This document shows positions 10,108-21,041 of a DNA stretch of 64,000 nt, in pieces. Below the pieces are notes generated by a model. That model searched no databases, had not been told where the DNA came from, and was given only the letters and a program-made list of their open reading frames with translations. Numbering within the stretch: the stretch's first letter is position 1; every line of letters starts with the position of its first letter. A program made the position numbers and the translations under genes. Origin of the DNA: Selaginella moellendorffii (Eukaryota; Plantae; Lycopodiophyta); contig NW_003314280.1 of assembly GCF_000143415.4 (NCBI RefSeq), positions 496,001 to 560,000 of the forward strand, read 5' to 3'.

Positions 10108-11474
10108 TGCATATGATCATGGGATGAGATTTGGATATATTATCATCGTGGATCTTTAGAACTTTGGAGGATAAATGGGGATAAAATAGCCACTAAGGGC
10201 TCTCTTATCAAACAATTCCTCTTTTTCTAATTGGCTTATTCGATATAGTATCGGCAAATGGCATGGGTTTGATTCCCATTGATTAGTGGCTACTCAAAAA
10301 AATATAATATACCCTTGAGCAAAGTATATTCCTACTCCTAAATTTGAAATTGTACGTATTGGGCATCCATGTGTACGTCTTTCCTCTTGTGTGGAGTATC
10401 CACGAACGAAGGTATCCACTATGGGATTACGGTACAGGTGGATGATTAGTTGCCTCACATGGAATAAGGGTGGTGAGTGTAACCCATGTGATCATCCCAC
10501 GGTACGGATGGATGATTAATTGCTTTACATGGAATAGGGAGGGTGAGTGTAACCTATGTGATTATGGGATGAGATTTGAATATACTGTCATCGTGTTTAT
10601 TTAGCTAAGCATACTTAGCTCAGTTTGTTAGTTCTTTTTACTCTATTTTGCACTAGTTTAGCAAGAACCCTCACATATTGAGACTAGTCCCTCAATATCG
10701 TTGGATGATAACTTACTGTGTTTGCCAACACCCTCACTATCATGCCTTTTGTGTTAGTCTCATTTCAATCCCAAATGTTATTTCATCCTGCATATAATCA
10801 TAGGATGAGATTTGGATATATTGTCGCCGTGGATCCTTGGAACCTTGGGGGATAAATGGGGATAAAATAGCCATTAAAGGCCCTTTCATCAAGCAATCAC
10901 CCTTTTTCCAGTTGATTTATTTGATATGGTATTGGAGCAAATGGCATGGGTTTGATTCTCATTGATTAGTGGCTACTCAAAAAAATATAATATACCCTTG
11001 AGCAAAGTATATTCCTACCCCTAAATTTGAAATCATATGTATTGGGCATCCATGCGTACATCTTTCCTCTTGTGTGGAGTATCCACGGACGAATGTATCC
11101 ACTGTGGGACTGCGGTACGGGTGGATGATTAGTTGCCTCATATAGAATAAAGGGGGTGAGTGTAACCCATGTGATCATCCTACGGTACGGGTGGATGATT
11201 AATTGCCACACATGGAATAGAGGGGGTGAATGTAACCCATGTGATCATGGGATGAGATTTGAATATACTGTCATCATGTTTATTTAGCCAAGTATACTTA
11301 GCCCAATTTGTTAGTTCTTTTTACTCTATTTTGCATTGGTTTAGCAAGAACCCACACGTATTGAGATTAGTCCCTCAATATTGTTGGATGATAACTTACT
11401 GTGTCTGCCAACACCCTCACTATCATGCCTTTTGTGTGAATCTCATTTCAGTCCTAAATACTATTTCATCCCGT
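10108..11474 (+). repeat. Two ~680-bp tandem units, probably a decayed tandem-array TRIM
   Basis: Unit starts 10108 and 10789; each unit has a Met-PBS-like motif (TGGTATTGGAGC at 10927) and purine tract plus TGTAACC LTR-start motif (10478/10548, 11161/11231). Confidence 0.65.
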
Positions 11475-12160
11475 GTCTAAATTCGCAATCTAACATTTAG
11501 TAAATTTGGAATTTATTATCAAGGTTCAAATGTATAGTAGGGATAGTGGTTAGAATACATGTTCAACCACTTAAAACATTAGTTTAACTTCTGTTTGGCT
11601 GTGTTGTTCCTTGTTTTACATCCAGCTTAGGCCTAAACCCAAACTCTACACTGTGTTAATTGGTAGGGTGCCCTCCTCATATTAGGCCACTAGTATGCCA
11701 AAATTGTGTTAGACACCGTCTAACACCATTTTGCATGTAGGTGCATATGGGGAGTTGGTGTTCGTGGGATTGTATTATACCTTCATTTCATAGTGCAACA
11801 AGTTTAGAGTTCAGCTCTAAATTCAAGTGTGCTACATTTGCTATGAAGATGAATGAAAAGGTAAAAGCAAAAGAAATGAAATGAAAAAAACTAGAAGGAA
11901 AGGGAGATTTAGATAATGCAAAAGCTAGATCTAAACGAAAGAAGATGAAAAAAGCTAAATCTAGATAATGCAAAAGTTTCCACCAATATAAGTGCATGGA
12001 ATATAGAAAGGGAGTATAGAAAATGTGCATATCAATTAGCCAAAACCCTAGTTTATATACAAGAGCAAGTGGTCTAGATTGAAACCAATTCGATGGCTAT
12101 AAAAATCCCACTATGGTAATATTAGCATAGGGCATCGTAGTCATATATTTGGACCTCACA

Positions 12161-13072
12161 ATACAATATATTTATGATTTAGTAAATAAAATAAATTTAT
12201 TTAAATTTTAAATAAATAAAATTTACTTATTTTAGTTGAGTTGACAATAACATTACTATCACTATTGATATACCATTTTGTAATTTACTTTAATTATAAA
12301 ACTAGTTAACAAAATTTTTATAATTTTGAAGGTCATTTTGTAACTTATTGAAAGCATATAAAGTGATCCAAATTTAGATAGTTTACCCACTTATAAAGTG
12401 ATATCTCTATCATAAATAATAATTGTTTTAAGTTACAAAAAATTATAAAGTTCTTTGTCTCATAAGCATCAATAAAACTTAATTTTAAACTCAACCATGG
12501 ATAAAATTGTTTATTTAGGGATGTTATTATAGGAATAATCTTCTAACTTTCAACAACATTTATTTTGATAAATATTGTTGCTTTTTGTGGTTAATAAATG
12601 TCTTTAATCAATTTAAATTAAAAAGATATTGAAAATGTTTTAAATTTGTATTTAAACTTTCAAGTAATCTTTATAAAATAAATAAATTGTTAGAAAAATT
12701 GAGAATTCTAAGCAAAATAAATACAAATAACATAATCTTTTTTTATATAACTCATTGTTTATTACTTTTACCACTTGGTTTTTTCAATGCTAATGTTAAA
12801 TATATTTTTTAATAAATGTAAAATATTAATTTCTATTTATTATCACAGTAATATTTAATATTTATGTTTCTTTTTAGATTTTTGAAATATAGATAGTAAA
12901 AGTCGAGATACAATTCAAAATCACTTTTTTATCTTTATATCAAGGGAAACAAAGAAGGAAAAAAAAGAAGGCACAATCATCTCTTTTGATTTTAAGTATG
13001 TGTATCTTTGATCGTTAGGAGGAACAGAAACAACAATGCCAAATAACAATTATCCAAATCAAAATTTAATAT
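12161..13072. other. Extremely AT-rich non-coding spacer
   Basis: Long A/T runs, almost no CpG, no ORF. Confidence 0.6.
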
Positions 13073-13479
13073 TGTGAGGGCCAAGTGTACGGCTACGATG
13101 CCGTATACTAATATTAGCGTAGTGGGTTTTTGTAGCCGTCGGATTGGTTTCAATCCGGACCACTCGCTCCTGTATATAAGCTAGGGTTTTTGGGCTAATT
13201 GATATGCACATTTTTGTATTCCCTTTCCATATTCCATGCACTCACATTGGTGGAGTTGAAGGGCACCTTTGATTGTCCCTGGGGAGTGTTTGGATTTGGG
13301 ATTTCGGTTTAGATCTAGCTTTTGCATTGTCTAGATCTAACTTTTTCCATTTCCTTTCTTTTGTTCTTTCCTTTTAGGATTTTGGTTTAGATCTAGCTTT
13401 TTGCATTGTCTAGATCTACCATTTCTTTCCAGCTTTTTGTCATTTCTCTTCTTTTGCTCTTTCTTTCTCATTCATTTTC

Positions 13480-14412
13480 ATGGCCGATCCGCAATCTCCT
13501 CCTTTGACTCTAGAGTAGCAGTTGGTTCAATTGCTTGATGCTATGCGCTTGCAATTGAACAACCAAACTCAGTTGATGGCGGCGTTCATGGCACATGGTA
13601 CAACTCCTCCTGCTTTTGGTGCCAATCCTTGTGTTCGGCCGGAGTTCTTTCGTGGGAATCCTAGAGATGATGTGTACTATTGGTTCGATCACTTCACGGT
13701 GATTGCCACATATCATTCTTGGGATGATGCTTGACGTTTGCGTGAGTTCCCCACATGTCTTCAAGGGACGGCATTGCAGTGGTACAATGGATTGAGCGCA
13801 ACTACTCGTGGCGATTGGAGTGTTCTTTCGGACGTCTTCAAACGTGCCTTCGGACACGCCGACGATTGTGATGATGCCTTCCAACAATTGCATCGTCTTC
13901 GCCAAGGGCCATCTGAGTCGGTGATGCAATTTGGCATTCGTTTCCGAAGTCTTTTGCTTCGTGTGGAGCCAAATATGTCGGAGCGGATCAAGCTAGGAAT
14001 GCTGTGGCCAACACTTCGTCAAGATCTTGTCGGACTTGTGCATGCACTTGCTCCTGCCACTCTTGACGATGCTCTTCGCTTGGCACAACGTTATGAGACG
14101 TCGCCTCTTCCACTTCTTGCTACACGTCCTTCAGCTCCACTTCCTATGAGTGATGGTCCTGTTCCCATGGAGGTTGATGCTGCTGCTACTCGAGTCCAAG
14201 GACAAGGGCGAGGACGTGGTCGTGGCCGTGACGTTTGTTGCTGGGCGTGTGATGAAGTTGGTCATACTTATCGGCGTTGTCAGCGCTTTCCGGATTGGCG
14301 ACTTCCATTTCCTGGGTGGAGACCTTGGCGTCAGCAACGTCCCGTTGGTGCTGCTGCGGTGGAAGGTTTGGATACCGAGGTGCATTCGGGAAACGAGGAG
14401 TCGCGCGAGTAA
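13480..14412 (+). pseudogene. gag of family B (two premature stops)
   Basis: ATG 13480; TAG at 13516 and TGA at 13732 interrupt the frame; PVPMEVD motif and CWACDEVGHTYRRC zinc knuckle. Confidence 0.85.
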
Positions 14413-14451
14413 TGGAGGGACCTTGCGCGAATAAGTTAGTGACCCCTCCAT
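14388..14451 (+). promoter_or_regulatory. Programmed -1 ribosomal frameshift signal (G GGA AAC plus H-type pseudoknot)
   Basis: Slippery heptamer 14388-14394 in the gag frame, 6-nt spacer, stem1 14401-14409/14422-14430, stem2 14412-14419/14444-14451; pol lies in the -1 frame. Confidence 0.85.
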
Positions 14452-17400
14452 CTTTCTTTCGGGAGTATCATCAAGGGGTTCACTCGGCACCGGTTCATCC
14501 AGTGTTTACTTTCCAAGCTCGTTTTTATAACAAGAGGTCTCCTATTCTTCTCTCCGTGTTGGTTGATACAGGTTCGAGTTTATCTTCTATTGCTCGACCT
14601 GTTGCCACACGTTGTCGTCTACACGTGCGTCGTGCGGCGGATCCAGTTTTCATTCTTTATGGCAACGGCCGTACACATGCATGTGCACGAGATGAGGCGG
14701 ACCTGGTTGTGCGTGTGGGCGATCTCGAGCTTGAGTTGCAATCGTTGCGGGTAGTGCCGAGTCAAGCTTTTGACCTCATTCTTGGTATGGATTGGTTGCA
14801 GCACAATCATGACAAGTGTGACTTTGAGGCTTTTCCCCCTTGTCTCATACTTCCTTATGTTTTATCCATTCCTCTCACTTCCGTACCTCTTCGTCCCTCT
14901 ACTTTTACCTCTGCTTCCATTACTTTTGTTCCCCCATTATTTCCTCTTGTGTTTCCATCTTGTTCTGCTCTTCCCTTTTCCGATCCCTCCGATGATCTTT
15001 GTGTTGCAGCTGTTGACCAGCTCATGAAGGAGTATTCTGATCTCTTTGAATTTGACCTATCGTTTGGGGCCAAGATTGCCACACGTCATCCCATTCCAAC
15101 CGGGGATGCTCGTCCAATCAAGGTTCCTGTTCGTCGTCGGTCACCCAAGGAGATCAAGATTTTACATGCAAACGTCAAGGAGATGTTGGAGAAGGGTGTT
15201 ATTCGGAAGTCACGGAGTCCTTGGGCATGTGAACCTCATCTTGTGACGAAGCCTGATGGGAGTATTCGTTTTTGCATCGACTATCGTCCGTTAAATGAAG
15301 TGACGATCCTGGACGTGTACCCTCTTCCTCACACTGCTGATCTCTTGGATCGTCTGGGGCGAAGTCGTTGGTTCACCAAGCTAGATCTTGCTTCTGGGTA
15401 TTGGCAAGTACCGATGGCTGAAGACGATATTCCTAAGACTACTTTTCGTACACCATTTGGTTTGTACGAGTTTTTGGTGATGCCGTTTGGTTTGAACAAT
15501 GTTCCAGCAACTTTTCAGCGGATAATGGACGAGGTTCTTTGCGATATGTCGGAGGTGACGGCTGACTTCATTGATGATGTCTTGATCCACTCGGAGGGGA
15601 CGTGGGAGGAGCATGTTCGTGATGTTTGTAAAGTGTTGGATCAGCTACGCGACGTTGGTTTAAAGCTGAAGCGGTCGAAGTGCGTGTTTGGGTCCAAGGA
15701 CACAACTTATCTTGGGTACCGTATTTCTCGTGAGGGTTTGCAAGTTGATCCTGACAAACTTGTGGCTGTTCTAAAGTTCCCTACTCCGAAGTGTGTGAAT
15801 GATGTGTAGCGGTTTTTGGGTAAGGTGCAGTATCTCGGTCGTTTTGTGGATCATCTTTCCGATCGCACTATACCATTGCGAGCGTTGCTGAAGTCATCAA
15901 CGTCATCTTTCATCTGGTCTCTCGATTGTGAGCGGGCGTTTGTGAATCTCAAAGAGCTATTGACGACTCCTCCAGTTTTGGCATATCCTGACTACACTCG
16001 ACCTTTTATTTTGCGCGTGGATGCTTCTGACATTGGTCTTGGAGGTGTGTTGATGCAAGAGAGCTCGAGTGTGCCTGGTCAGCGCCATCCCATTGCATAC
16101 ATAAGCCGTACATTACAACTAGCGGAGATGAACTACTCCACGACGGAGAAGGAGTGTTTAGCAGCAGTCTGGGGTTTTGAGAAACTTCATGCCTATCTAC
16201 ATGGTTCTCGGACGTTACTTGAAGGTGACCATGCTGCTGTTACTTCATTATTGAAGCGGAAGAACCTGGTTGGTCGTACGGCTCGATGGGCTTTGAAGCT
16301 TCAGATATATGATTTCGATGTTATTCATCGCCCAGGGAGTTCTATGGCTGATGCTGATGCCCTTTCTCGAGCTCCTCTTCCTTCTCCACTCACTTCTCAT
16401 GTTTCTGACGAACCTGTTGTTCCAGCATCGGTGGATTTTCTAGATGAGGATTCTGTGCTGTCGGCGGTTGCTGTCCTTGACGTTCAGTCTCCACAGGGCG
16501 TAGAGCAAGATCTACCTTCTCTGGATGAGGTTCGCGAGGCTCAAAAGATTGAGCCGTGGATTCGAAGGCTTCGAGATGGGTTTGAGAATCCTGCATCACT
16601 TGCTGATGACTTGCCTTTTCGGCATTTACATTCTCAATATCGCCTTGAAGATGGCCTTCTTTATTTTGTGGGGACGGATCCTGATGCTCATTTACGGCTG
16701 GTGGTGCCTTCGGTGTTTATTCCGCGGTTTCTCCATGCCTACCATGATTCTCCTATTCTAGGTGGGCATATGGGACACCGTCGTGTCACCGAGAAGCTGC
16801 GCAGATCTTTCTATTGGCCAGAGATGCGACGTGATATTATCCGGTATGTGCGTAGCTGCGTTTGGTGCCAAGCTCGTAATACTCCCCCTTGTGCTGCGGA
16901 AGGACGGTTGGAGTCAATTGCAGTTTTTCGTCCGTTTGAGTTGGTGGCGTTTGATCTTATGGGACCTTTTCCGCGATCGACTGCTGGCAATGAGTATGTT
17001 ATTATTGCTTCTGACTACTTGACTCGTTGGGTGGAAGTTGGTACTCTTGCTAGTGCCTCTGCAACTGCTGTTGGATACTTCCTCCTCAATCGAGTGGTGT
17101 TCCAGCATTCTTGTCCAGAACGGATTCTTTCGGATAATGGTCCTGCATTTATGGCTGAGGTATTTCATGTTTTGACATCTCAGTTGGGGATACACCACAC
17201 TTTTACGAGTGCTTATCATCCACAATCAGACAGTCTGGTGGAATGGCTCGTTCGGACATTCAAAGGGATGATTGCGAAGTATGTGAACTTTCAACATTCG
17301 GATTGGGATGGTTATTTGCCGTCTCTTCGGTATGCTTATGTCACAGGGGTGCAGAGTTCTGTTGGTGCTTCACCATATAAACTTCTATATGGTCATGATC

Positions 17401-17876
17401 CAATATTACCAACAGAGCTGGGTTTACCTTCGCGATTGCCACGAGCTTCTGATGCTAGGTCATGGGATCAATATTTGACAAGCATTCTTCCACTTGTCCA
17501 AGCAGAGTCTGCTGAACACTTAGGCCGCGTATAAGTGGGACAACAACGGCGCTACAATTCCCATCATCGTCCACCAGCGGAGTACAAAGTGGATGATTTA
17601 GTGTTAGTCCCTTTTCCCCATCTTACGGTACGTGGTTTATTTAAGGGGCTCCTTGCGCAGTGGAAAGGACCATATCGGGTGTTGTGGCAAGTTGGACCAC
17701 AAGTTTATGAGGTTCGGCATGACGTTCAGCAGGCCGATCCTCCGGAGATTGTGCATGTGCAGCAGTTAAAACGCTTCATACAAAGGGATCAGGAGCAGTT
17801 CATACCGTCTACAGATCCACCGATGCCTCCTCCTGACGTTCCTCCAGATCCCGGCCCATCTACAAGAGAACCCTGA
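14388..17876 (+). pseudogene. pol of family B (PR-RT-RH-IN; stops at 15807 and 17532)
   Basis: LVDTGS protease, FIDD RT, VDAS RNase H, GGHMG..C..C zinc finger, DLMGP/SDNG/YHPQSD integrase, KGPY; three ORF pieces in one frame. Confidence 0.9.
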
Positions 17877-18261
17877 CGGCCTTCCATTATTCCGAGAGGA
17901 GGGGATGATGTGAGGGCCAAGTGTACGGCTACGATGTCGTATACTAATATTAGCATAGTGGTTTTTTGTAGCCGTCGGATTAGTTTCAATCTGGACCACT
18001 CGCTCTTGTATATAAGCTAGGGTTTTTGGGCTAATTGATATGCACATTTCTGTATTCCCTTTCCATATTCCATGCACTCACAATATTATTTTTTAATAAA
18101 CTTTTGAAATATATTTTATTTCAAACAGTTAATAACAAGCAATATTAAAAGCAAAGATGTTCTATAAGGTACTAATACTTTTTTTAACATTTGAACCTCA
18201 GTTGGTATATTTGTTTATGAAATGTATAATAGTGTGTCTTAAATGGAATTCAATTAAAGTA

Positions 18262-19873
18262 TTAGTTAAGTTTTTTAGCCTGCAGAGTAAGAAATTGAGC
18301 TCTGGATTGTGCCTGGCTCCTCCACTGAACCATCGGAGGAGGGGGAATTCCTTCGTGCTCTATCACTGTACCAATGGAAACAAAAAAATGTCAAACGTTA
18401 TTCAAGAAGAAGGCTCTTAACTGAAGCTTGCGGAAACGCTTCCCCAAACAGCAGCTTTGAGCAAATCCCTCGTCTTCCGCCACCCAATCAAAAATCCACC
18501 GCAAAATGTGTTGCCACAGCCAGTCGGGTCCACAACCCTCGAGTTACTGGCGACGTGATCGTGTTGTTCGTTGTATTCTACTTCCTGTTTTTGCTTCAAC
18601 ACACTGTGAAATGCGGGGACTTCCCATGTCTCACCGCTATCAGCCCTGTAGAAAAGAATAGAAAAAAAACTTCTTCTTTTTGCATATTTCTTCACCTGTG
18701 AGCTAGACAGCCCAAGTGTCCTCGTCTTAACACCACCACCTTGAGGAAACAAAAGGAAGAGAAACTCACGAGACAAGGTGGAAACCAATGCTTACCTCGG
18801 CACCGAGCTCCGCAAGCCTGCCTATGAGTTCCATGGATGATCCCGGGCCAACCAGCGAGGCTGCCTCTTTCTCGTTTGGGGAGAAAATGTGCCCCGCAGA
18901 AACGAGAGCCCTGCACGAAGGAGAAAAAAAAAAAAAAAGAAGGCAAAAAGGTCAGCTCTGGAAAGAAAACTCGAGAGAAGAACCATAACTTGAGTTCTGA
19001 GCGTGTGAGAATTTCTAGAGCATGCGTGTAAACCTCAACACTCACAACTTGAGCACCAGTAGATCGTAGAGAGTGAATAAAATCCACGTCCCTGCCGCTG
19101 GGATGCACTCCGATGTGGTATGTTTTGGCTGTCCTGTCGTAAAAAAGAGAGGGACGATCGCAGTAAGATTGGTAAAGAAACAAATGTGAAAGCCATGAAG
19201 AGAAACGGGAAGAAAAAGTTGGATGCTTCACTGGTATGGAGGTGGGAGTCTCTCGATTGGGGTTTTGAGCATGTCCCAGACATCATCTCCCATATTGACT
19301 CTCCAAACCTTAAACTTTCTTTTGAGAAAAAATGGAAGAAAAAAAGAGAGAGATAAGAGTACCTGTGTTCTTCGGCCATCTTCCTCCAAGATCTAGAAAG
19401 CAAATGCCAAAAAAAAATAGGAAAAATCAACGAAGAGAGGAACGTTTTCTTTGTGTTTAACCTGCCAAGCTCGAAGAGTTGGAGACACCCATTCCAAAAG
19501 TCCAGAGGTGTCGATTCCCATATTCTCGAGCCATTCTCGACAAGCTCCAGGAAAATCCGATCCAATCCCAGCTGCTAAACCGATTCTGTTTCACAGGAAA
19601 CAGAACAAAATAAAACACACACAAAGAGTTGAGAAGAAAGATGGATGGAAAGAGGAATTTTTTTTCTTCTACTACCTCTTGTCTTGAGGAGTCCACACTT
19701 GTGCTCCAAATGCAGTTTGTGGACCTGCGAGAAAGAAAAAAAATCTAAGCAAAGATTTCTTGATTCTCGTCCGCCAAACCTCCACCGCCAAGCAGCGCCA
19801 TCGCTGTTCGCCCATCCGGGTAAACAATGTCGTCCACTATGATCGTGAACGTCACCATCTCCAGCTCCGCCAT
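18262..19873 (-). CDS. pfkB/ribokinase-family carbohydrate kinase (multi-exon)
   Basis: N-terminal FTIIVDDIV..LGGG and pfkB signature VVDPTGCGNTFCGGF..AAVWGSVSAS; GT-AG introns. Confidence 0.8.
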
Positions 19874-20158
19874 GGAGTTGGAGCTTCTCGCCCTAATCGC
19901 CAGGTGCTCTGTTTCTAGGTCAAGAATCCAGCCTCGCGAGATCGGCAAATCCAGCTCGTGGGTCTTGCGATCGAGCGCATTGGGTTGCCCGATCGCCAGC
20001 CCGATCGCAAAACCACTCACAATCGCAGATCTCCCGCGTTTCGCTCAATCAAGCCCAAAAATCAAGTCGCTCGAAACTAAGCTCTCTCATTCTCAGGGCA
20101 AAACAACATAGCCATTGATAGATAGATTGGGAGAGATCGAGGAGGGAGATTGTCGATC

Positions 20159-20859
20159 ATGAGCTACGTACACCCAGTCGTGGGCGTTCCTCCACCGGCA
20201 TTCAATGTGGTGGCGCCGTCCACGGCGGGCACCAAAGATTTGCAGGGAATGCCAGGCACGGCGGGGAGCCTGGCGCTGCGAGTCCTCCAGTTTGGATTCG
20301 CCGCCATCGCTCTCAGCGTCATGGCCTCCATCAGCGATTTCCAGACCGTCACAGCCTTCTGGTAAGTTTTTGCTGGATCCTCGTCTCGCATTTGGGCTGG
20401 ATTGATCATCGCTCATTGCTCTAGCTTGGAAAGATGGAGCTTGCTTTGATCCATTTGCTTGCCTCGCAGCTACTTGGTCGTAGGGACCGGACTCCAGAGC
20501 TTGTGGAGCTTGTCCATGGCAGCGCTGGATGGCTACGCGCTCCTTCTCAAGCGAAGCATTCGAAGATCATCGCTCGTCACGCTTTTCGCCGTGGGTGACT
20601 GGGTAAGAAGAGGTTATATGTTTCTCTCTTTTTTTGTTCTTCCGGTGTTCACGGGACAATTGATCAGCTCTGTGCCACTCTCACGCTCGCCGCCGCATGC
20701 TCCACCGCTGGAATCACTGTGTTGCTGGCCAAAGACTTGGATCAATGTGGCCCCAACGACTGCAGCAAGCTCCAAGCGTCGGTGGCGCTCACTTTTCTCG
20801 CATGGTTCTTATCTTCGTGCTCCTTTTTCTTCTCGTTTTGGGTTATGGCCACAAGCTAA
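20159..20859 (+). CDS. CASP-like protein (CASPL5-type); exons 20159-20361, 20470-20602, 20668-20859
   Basis: [36 protein letters not shown] motifs; four hydrophobic segments. Confidence 0.88.
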
Positions 20860-21041
20860 AGCCTGTTTTTTTCTTTCTCTCTCTCTCTCTCTCTCATTCT
20901 CTGCTCAAGCCCGTTCTTCCAAAGCTTTTTCAAGATCTTTAGTGTAAAATCCTCTAATTTGATACAACAATACAAATACATACCACTGGCAATATATAGT
21001 TGGAGTTGTCTCTCTCGCTCTCTTGGTTCTTCGCGACGATC

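Larger units (their letters stand above)
6831..12160 (-). mobile_element. Decayed family B gypsy element (5' LTR ~11987-12160, gag, PR, RT, start of RNase H), host of several insertions
   Basis: Collinear similarity to 13073-16130 on the opposite strand; fragment ORFs 8651-8992 (gag), 8078-8326 (PR), 7215-7529 (RT); many C>T/G>A changes and stops. Confidence 0.88.
13073..18082 (+). mobile_element. Full-length family B Ty3/gypsy element without chromodomain (174-bp LTRs, 4-bp TSD ATAT)
   Basis: LTRs 13073-13246 and 17909-18082 (7 differences by eye), PBS TGGTGGAG (tRNA-Ala-like), PPT GAGAGGAGGGGATGA, ATAT on both flanks. Confidence 0.95.
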
